Shown piece by piece: positions 12,036 through 25,600 of a stretch of 64,000 bases of DNA. Under the pieces are notes generated by a model, which saw nothing but the letters and a program-made list of their open reading frames with translations, had not been told where the DNA came from and ran no database searches. This DNA is from Squalus acanthias. Taxonomy: Eukaryota. The stretch covers positions 117,120,001 through 117,184,000 of the forward strand of contig CM059432.1 of NCBI GenBank assembly GCA_030390025.1. Reading direction: 5' to 3'. The position numbers and the translations under genes are program-made. Position 1 is the stretch's first letter; each line of letters opens with the position of its first letter.

Positions 12036-14628
12036 ATGTCTAGCATTGCTCGGGGATGATGGGGGTACTTCAAAATGTAAATAGCCTACTCCAGTGAGTG
12101 CAATTGATCGCGGGGCAATTAGTACATTCTCTCACACTGGTAGATTTTGCCGGTTGCTGCGAGGCTGTAGCACTTCTTCCTGTCTGGGTGGAAGGTGGTC
12201 CATTTAAGCTGTGGCAGGCGTAAGCCTACCAAACAAAATTCAAATTGGGCTGACCCCAGGAAATCTGCCGGGGTTAGCGGTGGGCCAATTAGTCAAGCTC
12301 AAAGCCTAGCCTGTCATCCTAACGAGTGCCAAAATGAAAGTGTAGGCTAAGTGGTTCTGAGAGACTAAGGCAAAATAGAAATGCCAGTAAAAATTGCCAG
12401 CTTAATTGCAAGAATTCTTTTAGTGAGTAAGAATGTATTTCTCAGATTGCATTTTAGGGGATGGTGTAGCTGGATTCTCCTGAAATTGAGATTAATTGTT
12501 GTAATCAGCCTCAGAAGCATTCCTTTTACAATAAGAAACTGAAGAAATGGGGTATTGACTCCATTTTCTGGAGGTGCATTATGGGCTCACTAACCAGTTG
12601 ACCTTTTAAATTATTAATAAAGTCATACAGCGAAAAATGAAATAACATGATAAATGATGCAGTCTTGCACCCAGTGATAATTCTTAAGCCATTTTTAAAA
12701 ACTTGAATGAAATCGTTAGTACTTCGGAGCAATTTTGAGGCACTTTTAACTCCAAAAATCGGGTGGGTGGGAGGTTAAAGAGTTAAAAGTCTCAGTCCCG
12801 ATCCCAACCCGCTTCCACTCCACCCACTTACGGTTTTAACGGAGGTGGGATGGGAGCGGTGTGGGGGGGTGGGGGTGGTTGGTGGAGGCGGGCAGCCAAT
12901 CCGCTCCCAGAAGGCGGTTTGGCACTTTAAATATTATAAAGAGGCTGCGTGCCTCATGGTGATCCACCTTTTTAAATTTAACTGTGGGCAGGCGGGTTTC
13001 CCAGGCCTCGGACTGTTTGGTATATTTCAAAATCAGTGATAGTTGCCTGTGACAAGACAATAGCAAAGCCACGGATTCCACATAGTTTTACTGTAGGCAA
13101 AACAAACTTTCCTGTCCGGTCATCTGAAGCCATTAATGTTGCAAAATTTACAGCTGCTCTCAAGTCTCCCAAGCAGGTCAAGATTCATTTCTCGAAGGCT
13201 GGTTGTCTTTCTGCTGAAGCCCTCTTCCCTTTATTTGCGAGCTTTATTTTACTTTGATCGCACTGCCCTTGTCAACTTTTTAATTTTAATTCTTTGAAAT
13301 TCGATTTTAATCAGTACAGCAGAAATTTAACCATTGCTGATTTCCAAAGAATAAAAATACAAGCTCTCAGTACATCAATATGAGGAAGTGGGAATGAGAA
13401 GTGGTCATTCTGTCCACTGAGCTGGCAGTGAATACGACTTATTGCTGATGTGTGCTATATTTTTGGGCCTTTCTATCCTTCTTATTCAACCGGGTAGAAT
13501 TTTTCTGATCATCCACTGTAACTTTGGTAGAAGATTCGCGGTAACCCCAGAGAAACGGTGTATATCACTGTCAGGATCGATTACCAACTTCCCGTACTTT
13601 TGACAGTGTCCATCCTGACCTTGACATATAACTAAGCTTTTAATAACACACCCTGGATAATGAAACAGGAGGTTTGAGCTTGGATATAATGGTCTGACAG
13701 AATGATAGTTGCCACCTCTCAGAGATAACAGGAGTACATGGTGGGAATCCTACATTTTCTCCAGTGCAAAGTATTGCATTGCAGGGGTAATTGTTGGTCC
13801 CATGGAACGCTATCGCCATGACAACATACACAAGGGTTCAGGTTTCGGGCCATAGGAGACTTGGTCTGCTGATGGAAACTGCCTTCCTGCCATAAGTGGA
13901 AGTTAACAATTTGGGGAGAAAGCCTGAACTGTAACAGTGAGATCATCATGGCTGCCTTGATTGAATTAAAGGACATAACACACTCCATCATGTTATACTA
14001 TCTATCTGTACAGAATAATCCGTGCACAAACAATGCTGATCAATACCCGTGTACAGAGGGATATTTCTTTGGATGTAGTTATCGGTTGTTTTTCTAAGCT
14101 GTACGTTTAATCATCCTTGCCAAGACCCTCATCGAGAAGTCAATATAGTGCTTCAGGAGGAAGGACCTGTGTTCCAATGCTAATCAAAGCACAATAAAGT
14201 CGACCAACTCTACTACCTGATCTACTACACTACTTGTTATCGCACCAGCTCAGTCAGCCTCAGAGATAAAATGAGTGCAAACTAGCAGAAACCCTACTCC
14301 AACATGATTTTCCATTACATGTGTAAGCTTCACCCTAAATTAAGACTCATTCAGACCAGGTTTAAACAATGTACAATCTGAGACACAAAGAAAAGAGATA
14401 ATATAATTAGAAATGTAACATTAAGCTCACAATAGAATGAATTTTCTATTGTTATTTTTCTACTGGTAATAATTATAGAAGTAAGCTAATGATTTCATCG
14501 ACTGTCGAGTGCTAAACGAAGATATAATTGTATGTAGGCTATGATGGAATGATCAAGTTTAAAAATATCCATGTGGAAATAACTGAGTGTTGCAAATAAT
14601 TTATTGAGGTAAAAACAAACAGTGAATG

Positions 14629-14844
14629 CTGGTTAAATTATGAGGAGAGATTACACAAACTGGGATTGTATTCCGTGGAATTTAAAAGGTTAAGGGGTGA
14701 TTTGATCAAAGTTTTAAAGATATTAAGGGGAACTGATAGGGTAGATAGAGAGAAACTATTTCCACTGATTGGTGAGCCCAGGTCTGGGGGCATAGTTTAA
14801 AAATTAGAGCCAGACCTTTCATGAGTGAAATTAAGAAATACGAT
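14629..14844 (+). mobile_element. Old CR1 3' fragment, left part (continues at 20214-20472)
   Basis: TTAAATTATGAGGAGAGATTACACAAACTGGGATTGTATTCC matches the CR1 ORF2 end; the sequence resumes at TTTTTCACACAAAGGGTGG. Confidence 0.8.
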
Positions 14845-15426
14845 GGCCGCGATTTTCTACTTCGAGGTGGCTTGGGAGCAGGTCAGCTGCCTTCCGGGTT
14901 CCAGTCCCGCCCCAACTACATCCGGCCCACAGTCATGATTTTACATCAATTAGCCTTATTAAGCCCACCCTGCGGGCTTGCTGGCCAATTAAGAGGAAGC
15001 CGGTGTCAGATGACGCCATTTGATGAGCGGCGGCGGACCTGCGGGGAACCAGGTGGCGGCGGCGAGGTTTAAGAGGTGGCAGAGACCAGGTAGGCCTCAG
15101 AGCGGCGGCGGACCTGCGGGGAACCAGGCAGCGGCGGCGAGGTTTAAGAGGCGGCAGAGACCAGGTAGGCGTACCAATCTCTGAGCTCGGAGGGAGAGAA
15201 GTAAAAAGTAATCGAAGTGTGACGTCACTAGAAAGCAGGTAAGTGATTGGTTGGTGAGTATTTCTCTCTTTTTAAACTTAAACTCTGTGGTTTATAGTTT
15301 CTAAGCTCTCTGTGGTGTAGCGGGGACTGTTGGTAAACCAGGGCCCTTAAGTATATCATTTAACTGTAGTGCAATTGGTGGGATTGATTTGTTTTAATTT
15401 AATTTGAATTAATTAAAGGGTAAGTC

Positions 15427-16377
15427 ATGGCAGGAGAGCTCAGCCCCGTGGTATGCTCCTCCTGTGCTATGTGGGAAATCAGGGACCCTTCCGGTGTCCT
15501 TGACAACCATGTGTGCGGGAAGTGTATCCAGCTACAGCTACTGGCAGACCGCATTACGGTGCTGGAGCTGCGATTGGATGCGTATTGGAGCATTCGCGAT
15601 GCTGAGAACCTCGTGAATAGCACGTTTAGCGAGTTGGTCACACCGCAGGCAAAGGGTGTACAGGCAGGAAGTAAATGGGTGACCACCAGGCAGAGTAAGA
15701 GGTGCAGGCAGGTAGTGCAGGGGTCCCCTGTGGACATCCCCCTCTCAAACAGATATACCACTTTGAATACTGTTGCAGGGGATGACTTATCAGGGGAAGG
15801 CAGCAGCAGCCAACTTCCTGGCACCATAGGTGGCTCTGCTGCACAGGCTGGGAGGAAAAAGAGTGGAAGAGCTATAGTGGTATGGGACTCAATTGTAAGG
15901 GGAATAGATAGGCGTTTCTGCGGCCGCAACCGAGACTCCAGGATGGTGTGTTGCCTCCCTGGTGCAAGGGTCAAGGACGTCTCGGAGCGCCTACAGAACA
16001 TTTTGGAGGGGGAGGGCGAACAGCCAGCTGTCGTGGTGCACATAGGCACCAACGATATAGGTAAAAAAGGGGATGAGGTCCTAAAAGCAGAATATAGGGA
16101 GTTAGGAGGTAAATTAAAAAAGAGGACCTCAAAGGTAGTAATCTCAGGATTGCTACCAGTGCCACATGCTAGTCAGAGTAGAAATAGGAGGATATTTCAA
16201 ATGAATACGTGGCTAGAGGAATGGTGCAAGGGGGAGGGATTCAAATTCCTGGGACATTGGAACCGGTTCTGGGGGAGGTGGGACCAGTACAAACCGGACG
16301 GTCTGCACCTGGGCAGGGCCGGGACCGCTGTCCTAGGGGGAGTGTTTGCTAGTGCTGTTGGGGAGGGTTTAAACTGA
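15427..16377 (+). CDS. CR1 ORF1p: CxxC..CxxC zinc finger, coiled coil, SGNH/GDSL esterase domain (316 aa, open)
   Basis: CSSC...CGKC; IVVWDSIVRG (GDS-type motif), HIGTND, DGLHL. Confidence 0.93.
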   Translation: MAGELSPVVCSSCAMWEIRDPSGVLDNHVCGKCIQLQLLADRITVLELRLDAYWSIRDAENLVNSTFSELVTPQAKGVQAGSKWVTTRQSKRCRQVVQGSPVDIPLSNRYTTLNTVAGDDLSGEGSSSQLPGTIGGSAAQAGRKKSGRAIVVWDSIVRGIDRRFCGRNRDSRMVCCLPGARVKDVSERLQNILEGEGEQPAVVVHIGTNDIGKKGDEVLKAEYRELGGKLKKRTSKVVISGLLPVPHASQSRNRRIFQMNTWLEEWCKGEGFKFLGHWNRFWGRWDQYKPDGLHLGRAGTAVLGGVFASAVGEGLN

Positions 16378-16379
16378 AG

Positions 16380-19311
16380 TGGCAGGGGGTTGGGCACCTG
16401 AGCAGGGAGACAGAGGAAAGCGTGTCAGGAAGGAACAGAAGGTACGGAGTAAAAGGTAAAGTGTTAAAAAAGGAAAAAGCAGGAACGAAGTGTCACAAAA
16501 CATATTTGAAAGTTCTTTATCTGAATGCACGTAGCATTCGTAACAAAATGGACGAGTTAACGGCACAAATAACTACGTATGGGTATGATCTTGTGGCCAT
16601 TACAGAAACATGGCTGCAGGGTGACAACGACTGGGAACTAAATATGCCAGGGTATTTAACAATCAGGAAGGACAGGCAGGAAGGAAGGGGAGGTGGGGTG
16701 GCTATGTTAATAAAGGAAGGAATCACTGTAATACAGAGAAATGATATTGGGTCAAAGGATCAGGATAATGAAACAGTTTGGGTGGAGATAAGGAATAATA
16801 AGGGGAAAAAAAACACTAGTGGGAGTAATATATAGGCCTCCTAATAGTTGCAACTCTGCTGGAAGAAGTATTAATCAGGAAATAGTTGGGGCATGTAATA
16901 AGGGAACAGCTATAATTATGGGGGATTTTAACTATCATATTAACTGGACAAATCAAATTGGGCAGGGCAGCCTTGAGGAAGAGTTTATTGAGTGTATTCG
17001 GGATGGATTTCTTGAGCAGTATGTAACTGATCCTACAAGGGGGCAAGCAACCTTGGACCTGGTCCTGTGTAATGAGTCAGGATTAATTAATAATGTCCTA
17101 GTTAAGGATCCCCTTGGAATGAGTGACCATAACATGGTTGAATTCCATATCCAATTAGAGGGTGAGAAGGTTGGTTCTCAAACAAGCGTACTGAGCTTGA
17201 ATAAAGGAGACTATGATGGTATGAGAGCGGAATTGATTAAAGTGGACTGGGAAAATAGATTAAAGGGTAAGACGGTACATGAGCAGTGGTGTTCATTTAA
17301 GGAGTTATTTTACAACTTTCAAAAGAAATATATTCCACTGAGGTAAAAAGGGTGTAAAGGAAATGACAGCCATCCGTGGCTAAGTAAAGAAATTAAGGAT
17401 AGTATCCGACTAAAAACAAGGACATATAAGGTAGCCAAACTTAGTGGGAGGATAGAAGATTGGGAAGTCTTCAAAAGACAGCAAAAAGTAACTAAAGGAT
17501 TGATTAAGAAAGGGAAGATAGATTATGAAAATAAATTAGCAAAAAATATTAAAACAGATAGCAAGAGTTTCTATAGTTATATAAAAAGAAAAAGGGTGGC
17601 TAAGGCAAACGTAGGTCCCTTAGAGGATGAGACCGGGAAATTAATGGTGGGAAACATGGAGATGGCAAAAATGCTGAACAAATATTTTGTTTCAATCTTT
17701 ACGGTAGAAGACACTAAGAATATCCCAACACTGGACAAACAGGGGGCTCTAGGGGGGGGGGGGAGGAGCTAAATACGATTAAAATCACTAAGGAATTGGT
17801 ACTCAGTAAAATAATGGGACTCAAGGCGGATAAATCCCCTGGACCTGATGGCTTACATCCTAGGGTCTTGAGGGAAGTGGCAGTAGGGATTGTGGATGCT
17901 TTGGTAATAATTTTCCAAAATTCCCTGGACTCAGCAAAGGTCCCGGCAGATTGGAAAACTGCTAATGTAACACCCTTATTTAAAAAGGGTAGTAGGCAGA
18001 AGGCTGGAAATTATAGACCAGTTAGCCTAACATCTGTGGTGGGTAAAATTTTGGAGTCTATTATTAAGGAGACAGTAACGGAACATTTAGATAAACATAA
18101 TTTAATAGGACAAAGTCAGCATGGCTTTATGAAGGGGAAGTCATGTCTGACAAATTTGCTTGAGTTCTTTGAGGACATAACGTACAGGGTGGATAAAGGG
18201 GAACCAGTGGACGTAGTGTATTTAGACTTCCAGAAGGCATTTGACAAGGTGCCACATAAAAGATTATTGCTCAAGATAAAAAATCACTGGATTGGGGGTA
18301 ATATTCTGGCATGGGTGGAGGATTGGTTATCTAACAGGAAGCAGAGAGTTGGGATAAATGGTTCATTCTTGGACTGGCAACCAGTAGCCAGTGGTGTTCC
18401 GCAGGGGTCGGTGCTGGGTCCCCAACTCTTTACAATCTATATTAACGATTTGGAGGAGGGGACCGAGTGTAACATATCAAAGTTTGCAGATGATACAAAG
18501 ATGGGAGGGAAAGTAGAAAGTGAGGAGGACATAAAAAACCTACAAGGGGATATAGACAGGCTGGGTGAGTGGGCAGAGATTTGGCAGATGCAATACAATA
18601 TTGGAAAATGTGAGGTTATGCACTTTGGCAGGAAAAATCAGAGAGCAAGTTATTATCTTAATGGCGAGAAACTGGAAAGTACTGCAGTACAAAGGGATCT
18701 GGGGGTCCTAGTGCAAGAAAATCAAAAAGTTAGTATGCAGGTGCAGCAGGTGATCAAGAAGGCCAATGGAATGTTGGCTTTTATTGCTAGGGGGATAGAT
18801 TATAAAAACAGGGAGGTATTGCTGCAGTTATATAAGGTATTGGTGAGACCGCACCCGGAATACTGCATACAGTTTTGGTGTCCATACTTAAGAAAAGACA
18901 TACTTGCTCCCGAGACAGTACAAAGAAGGTTCACTTGGTTAATCCCGGGGATGAGGGGGTGGACATATGAGGAGAGGTTGAGTAGATTGGGACTCTACTC
19001 ATTGGAGTTCAGAAGAATGAGAGGCGATCTTATTGATTGTGAAGGGGCTTGATCGGGTGGATGCGGTAAGGATGTTCCCAAGGATGGGTGAAACTAGAAC
19101 TAGGGGGCATAATCTTAGAATAAGGGGCTGCTCTTTCAAAACTGAGATGAGGAGAAACTTCTTCACTCAGAGGGTAGTAGGTCTGTGGAATTTGCTGCCC
19201 CAGGAAGCTGTGGAAGCTACATCATTAAATAAATTTAAAACAGAAATAGATAGTTTCCTAGAGGTAAAGGGAATTAGGGGTTACGGTGAGCGGGCAGGAA
19301 ATTGGACATGA
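16380..19311 (+). pseudogene. CR1 ORF2 (APE endonuclease plus RT), disrupted
   Basis: YLNARSIRNK, ITETWL, MGDFN, SDHN, DFQKAFDKV, GVPQGSVLGP, FADD; frameshifts at the A-run near 16810, the G-run near 17755 and near 19035; stop at 17344. Confidence 0.93.
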
Positions 19312-20213
19312 GGCTGAGTTCGGATCGGTCAGGGCCCTGTGGGTGGCGGAGCGGGCCCAGGGGCTGAGTGGCCGGGTCCAGCTCCTACTTCTTGTGTTCT
19401 TTAGATTTGAGGTTAGGATCAGATCAGCCATGATCTTATTGAATGGCGGAGCAGGCTCGAGGGGCCGATTGGCCTACTCCTGCTCCTATTTCTTATGTTC
19501 TTATGTTCTTATGTTCTTATGACGCGTCATCTGCCGGTTTTCTTAAAGGGACCATGCACAATTTTTTTTGACAGTTGATTTTTCAGTGTTTGACAGCATT
19601 GAGGTGCTGCAAACATTGACAATCACTGTACAAAAGTGAGCTCTTGCACCCAGGCTCTCCAGTGACTCCTCCTTAGGCTAGAACAGATGGCAGCTGCAGG
19701 TGAGGTTACAGAAGCGATCTGGCACAGGTGAGAGAGGTTCTCCCAATGAGGTGGATCTACACATACAATTCAAAACTTGTTACCTACAGAAAAGTCTAAA
19801 TGCATTAAAAATGAATTTCCCAACATTTTCTTACCTCTGAAACTCACCAGTGCACCATTGGATCCTTCACACCACTTCTGCAGTTGTCATCAATGCATAA
19901 ACATTACAGCAAACACAACATGCCACACTTACCTGGCATGGTGTCTGGACGTTGGGAAGCCCGCAGTAGAAATGTCAAAATTGGAAAAAGCCTGTTAACT
20001 GCCTGTTAACAACCTGTTAACAAGCAGTTAAGTGGCTATAATCCTCTTCCCGCCGCTAGGTGTTGGGTCCATGCGCAAATCGGGGACCCGACACTTGGGA
20101 AGATTGATTGGAGGAGGGTTGACAGCGGGTTTCCGACCCGCTGTCAATCTTTGCGATTTTGCCGGGTGTCACACCTCCAAACCCGCCCCCTCAGCGCTGG
20201 CAAAATTCCGGCC

Positions 20214-20472
20214 TTTTTCACACAAAGGGTGGTAGAAGTTTGGAACTTTCTTCCACAAACGGCAATTGATGCTCGATCAATTGTTAATTTTAAATCTGAG
20301 ATTGATGGAGTTTTGTTAACCAAAGGTATTAAGAGATATTATGGGGCAAAGACGGGTATATGGAGTTAGGTCACAGATCAGCCATGATCTCATTGAATGG
20401 CTAAATTTAGCTCGAGGGGCTAAATGGCCTCCTCCCATTCCTGTGATCCTATGTTCCTATGTGTTCCTATGT
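20214..20472 (+). mobile_element. Old CR1 3' end with (TTCCTATG)-like tail
   Basis: FFTQRVVEVWNFLP followed by 3' UTR and tail. Confidence 0.85.
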
Positions 20473-20878
20473 CCCAAAGCACTTCATATCCAATGAAGTA
20501 CTTCTGAAATGTAGTCACTGTTGTAATGTAGGGAAAAACAGAATGCTCAATGGGTCAATTAGCATCTGAAAATGTTTTAGATACTGATCAACCTCCTGTG
20601 TATTTTCAAAACGTTCTTAATCACAAATAATTCATATTTGTGATATGAGTTAAAGCAGGATGCATTAAATCATGCGGAACAATTCAATGCAGAAATATGA
20701 CAAGAAAGACATCCTACGCTGTATTCCCTGGCAGGGCTGACCTGCCATTTTTAAGTGAAATGTAAAATACCAGCATACCGGGGGGAAAAGCAAAGCACAG
20801 AACACAAAAATAATCAACGCAGTTGCTGGAAAACTCCTCAGAGCTGCTCCTGCTCCTCTGCTGTAACTTCATCAGACG

Positions 20879-22508
20879 TGTAGAATTCGCAAAATTATCG
20901 CGATTTTATAAAAATAAGAAGGAGACATAAAGTTTCGTATAAACAGCTTTATTTCAGCAGAATGCTGTCAGGTTTCAAAACGGACACAAACAGCCTGTAA
21001 AATGGCCGCCACGCCTCGTGGCAGAAAGTTCTAGACTTTCAGTAGGCAGACAAGATGGCGTTCCAATAAACATTTGTGCAAGATCGAAAAGATCCAACAT
21101 GATGAGATAATGACAAGACGCGATGGGTTTACACTTTAAACATGAATACTGAAATCGGTCTCCCAGGTGCAAACAAGGGCTATTGTACTGAGCGATCAAG
21201 GACCCATCCAAAGACATTAATATGCAAAATCCCCACGGCTCTACGATGAGAGAGCCGTTTGCGGGTACTCACAGCAAGCATTTGGAAGCCCCAAAACCCC
21301 TCCAGGGAGACTACTAGCCGATTCCACAATGGGAGAAATATTAACGGGTACTCAGACAGTTACAAGTGTCACCGAAACCCATTAAAGACTGAGATCACCC
21401 CATACAAGAAGTTTGAGCGCCAAAAACCTGACAAAAGATAGACATTAAGATTGGGCGGGAAAAGAGGAATTACAGCACTATAACTGTAAAGTACAACCGT
21501 CCATCTCTCTCTTGCTGCTTTGACTCGCTGGAAGACTGCTGAACTTTTATTCTCTTGCCTGACGGCTCTGGACGCTGATCCGCTAGGATCAACCTCGTGG
21601 CTTGCCGCGAAGATCTGTGGAGAACTGGGCTGTGAGGCCTGGAGGCGGGCGCACCATCCCGAGGAGTCGGTAAACGGTGTTGGAACCGAAGGCCCGAGAG
21701 GAGATGAGATGAGATGAGATGAGAAGAGAAGAAGACGACAATACGCATCGCTACAGTCAGTAAGCCCCGACCGCGCCTGTAAGTCGAATAAACACTTCTT
21801 TGAATTTTATCGGCTGCTCCACAACTGGCCCAGGAAGACCCTTCTTCGAGTTCTATCGAACCGGTGTAGGGCACAGGAAGACTCTTTTTTGAGTAGTATC
21901 AGAACTCCGAGGGCAACACAGATCTTCATGACAGCAGACGGTCCAGCCTGCTAGCCGGAGCAGAAACGAGTAAACAAGTAGGGTACAGAGACCCCTGATC
22001 AACACGTGGATAGTCAGGTGCTGCGGTAAAAACATCCGAGCAGAGTTTCGGAATTCTCCGAGTTATCACGAGTGGTGAGCATGAGTCTCGATCCTACAAA
22101 TCTAGATTAGGACAGGTATTAATAGGGGAGGGTTTAAGTTTTAAGGATAATTATAATGTGTGTCCCCTTTTACGATGTGTCGTGCGCTCCTCGTTTCCCT
22201 AAAATTAGTTTCATAACTGTGTGTAAGATTGTACTGTCGTTAATCTGTGCTTATGACATGTATCTCGTAATCTTGAATAATATGCAATAAAGATTTTCCA
22301 TTTCGCACTATTCAACCGGGTCTACCTGAGTCTTCTCTGCATTATTGCTCTCGCACCTAAGTCCAGTGTCAGAACCGTAAGGGCGAGTGGGTCGAACCAC
22401 TCACAGGTGTCTAGTGTTACCAGGCTGGCTGGAGACCAGAGCAGGCAACAGGGCCTAACCCCGCACTAGCACCCAGGCTAAGCACAGAGCCACAGGTCAC
22501 CCCTTACA
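20879..22508 (+). mobile_element. Solo LTR, 1630 bp
   Basis: TGTA...TACA termini; 4-bp TSD GACG (20875-20878 / 22509-22512); AATAAA at 22286; internal (GAGAT)n. Confidence 0.78.
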
Positions 22509-22696
22509 GACGTGTGGCGGAAATCTAGTTTATGAGCATAAACAGGCTTTCCGCTGCACTACTGGTGATGTTACTATTACGGAACTGGAGCAGCTTGAAG
22601 GAAATCTTTGGTCAATCTTTTTAATCCAAAGAACATAATTTTTTTATCTTAAATTAATAAAACAAGTCTATTTTATAAGTCACTGAAAATTACATA

Positions 22697-25600
22697 GGCT
22701 GGAATTTTGAGGGGTGTCAGCGGTGGTGGGTTGGGTGGAAAAGTGTTTTTTTTTCACAGTGGGTCGGGAACCCACTGTAAACCCGCCGCCATGTACCTTT
22801 CTCAGTGTCGGATCTGTCAGCGCTGAGCAGACCCGACACGCAGCGGAAGAGGACACAATTAAACTCATTATGAATTTGTTTAGGCATCATTAAGAATACA
22901 TTTTAGCTTACCTTTTGACTGTATGTGCTAGTCCACGGGGTCCTCGCTGCTCGGGGATCAGGTCCATTAAGCTGAGACAGGAGATGAATTGCCATTGAAA
23001 CAGCTGATTACTTGACAGCTTGAAATGTGCTATAAAAGCTTCCACCTCACAGCTCATCACTTTCCAAGCTTAGAAGGTGTTGCTTCCTGCATTTGGAACA
23101 CAGATTGAGCTTTATGCAGGTGGCAAGTGTTTGGAGAAAAACACTCTATCCAGTGTAACCTCCTTGGAACAACCTCTCTCACCATTGACAAAATGCTTCT
23201 GTCATCTCAACTTTATCTGCCATCTATTCCATCAACATGGGTGCCCTTTATACTCTGTCACCTTGAATCTCAGAATCTCACCATGATCAGCCCCAACACT
23301 AGCAGCACCAGGCACACCAGCAGCACCAACATCAATACCACCAAACTTCTCCATAATCAACTGATGCTGCACAGGACAGAGGGCATCAGCACCCGACCAC
23401 ATTGCTGCCTGGGAGGCCAGGGATGGCCTCACGATAGCCAGATTTACTTCACTTGATGCTGTACACTCTGGCTGCCACATGATGCGCCAGGTTGGCACCA
23501 CCCTACACCAACACCATAAAGCATCCCTACAATGTCCAAGCCATTCCTGTCACACTCATTGCCATTGCAGGGGGTACCGTTATGTCTCACCATTCACTGC
23601 AACTCACTAAGCCACTTCCAAAGGTGCACACAAATCTGTCCAAGAACGCAAAGTGTTGAGAATAAAGGTTTTAATGTTTGACACCACATTAACAGAAACT
23701 TTACATGAACATTGAATAAAACACCTAAGTGCCTACCCTTGTGTGTTGTTAGTTGGCCTGATTGCACTAGGATGAGCGTGAGTGTGAGGGGTGGCGAGTG
23801 AGAGGGGGATGTTATAATATAGATAGAGGGGGATGGGTGGAGGTGCAAGGTAAGTTGGTGTCAGTAAGGATGTGCAGGAGCAGGAGCAGTCCGATTGCAG
23901 TAATTACAGAAGAGTTTCCCTGCTGTCTGCCACAAGGAAAGTCATCGCAAGAATCCTCCTCAATCGCCTTCTTCCAGTGGCCTGAAGAGCTCCTCCCAGA
24001 GTCGCAATGCGGATTCCGCCCACTAAGGGGCACAATGGACATGATCTTTACCGCGCATCAATTACAAGAGAAATGCAGGAACAGCACCAACCGCTGTACA
24101 TGGCCTTCTTTGATCTCACAAAGGCCTTCGAAACTGTCAACCATGAGGGATTATAGGGTGTCCTCCTCAAATTCGGCTGCCCTCAAAAGTTTGTCAACAT
24201 CCTCCACCTGCTTCACGACGACATGCAAGCCATGATCCTGACCAACGGTTCCACCACGGACCCAATTCACGTATGGACCGGGGTCAAGCAAGGCTGTGTC
24301 ATCACACCAACGCTCTTCTCGATTTTCCTTGCTGCAATGCTCCATCTCCCCCTCAATAAGCTCCCCACTGGAGTGGAGCTAATTTACAAAACAAACGGGA
24401 AACTGTTCAACCTCCGTCGCCTCCAGCCCAGATCCAAGGTCATCCCATCCTCTGTTGTCAAATTACAGTATTCAGACGATGCTTGCATCTGCGCTCACTT
24501 GGAGGACGAACTCCAAACCATCGTCAACACCTTCACCGAAGTGTACGAGAGCATGGGCATGGAAGGCAAAGGTCCTCTACCAACCTGCCCCCACCACACA
24601 GTACTGCCCCCCAATTATCAAAATCCATGACAAGGCCACTTTCCATACCTCGGGAGCCTACTGTCAACAAGGGCAGACGTCGATGACGAAGTCCAACACT
24701 GCCTTCAGTGTGCCAGTGCAGCCTTCGTTCGCCTGAGGAAGAGAGTTTTTGAAGACCAGGACCTCAAACCTGGCACCAAGCTCATGGTCTACAGAGCAGC
24801 AGTGATACCCGCCCTGCTGTATGCCTCAGAGACATGGACCATGTACAGCAGGTACCTCAAAGCACTGGAGAGGTACCACCAACGCTGCCTCCGCAAGATC
24901 CTGCAAATCCATTGGCAGGATAGGCGCACCAACGTCAGTGTTCTTGCTCAGGCCAACATCCCCAGCATCGAAGCTTTGACCACGCTCGATCAGCTCCGAT
25001 GGACGGGTCACATCGTCCGCATGCCCGATACGAGACTCCCAAAACAAGCGCTCTACTCGGAGCTCTGACACGGCAAGAGAGCCCCAGATGGGCAGAGGAA
25101 ATGCTTCAAGGACACCCTCAAAGCCTCCTTGAAAATGTGCAACATCCCCACTGACACCTGGGAATCCCTGGCCCAAGACCGCACAAAGTGGAGGAAAGCA
25201 TCCGGGAAGGCGCCGACCACCTCGATTCTCTTCGCCGGGAGCAAGCGGAAGCCAAACGCAAGCAGCGCAAGGAGCGCACGTCAACCCAAGCACCCCACCC
25301 ACCCGCCCCTTCAACCACCGTCTGCCCCACCTATGATAGAGACTGTAGGTCCCACATTGGACTCATCAGTCACCTGAGAACTCATTTTTAGTGTGAAAGC
25401 AAGTCACCCTCAGTTCCGAGGGACTGCCGAAGAAGAAGAGGAAGAAGGAGCAGGGTAGGGAAGGCAGAGTGATGGGGATGTAATGAGAGGCACAACAGGA
25501 TGAGGTTGAATGTTGCTTTGTACTAATGTTTCGTGATCTACTGAGATCATTGAAATGTTTGCGGCACTGCACCTAGGTCCTCCTGACCACATCCCTGCTT

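Larger units (their letters stand above)
15027..19521 (+). mobile_element. Full-length CR1 LINE (about 4.5 kb)
   Basis: GC-rich 5' UTR with a ~75-bp tandem repeat (15025-15170), ORF1, ORF2 and a (TTCTTATG)n tail. Confidence 0.96.
14845..20213 (+). mobile_element. Non-autonomous Harbinger (14845-15026 plus 19522-20213) interrupted by a full-length CR1
   Basis: TIRs GGCCGCGATTTT / CAAAATTCCGGCC; TTTGATGA|CGCGTCATC is contiguous in the 2290 copy. Confidence 0.82.

Noticed and set aside
15399..16052. Antisense ORFs over CR1 ORF1, the transposase and the Penelope ORF
   Set aside because: Shadow frames of real coding sequence
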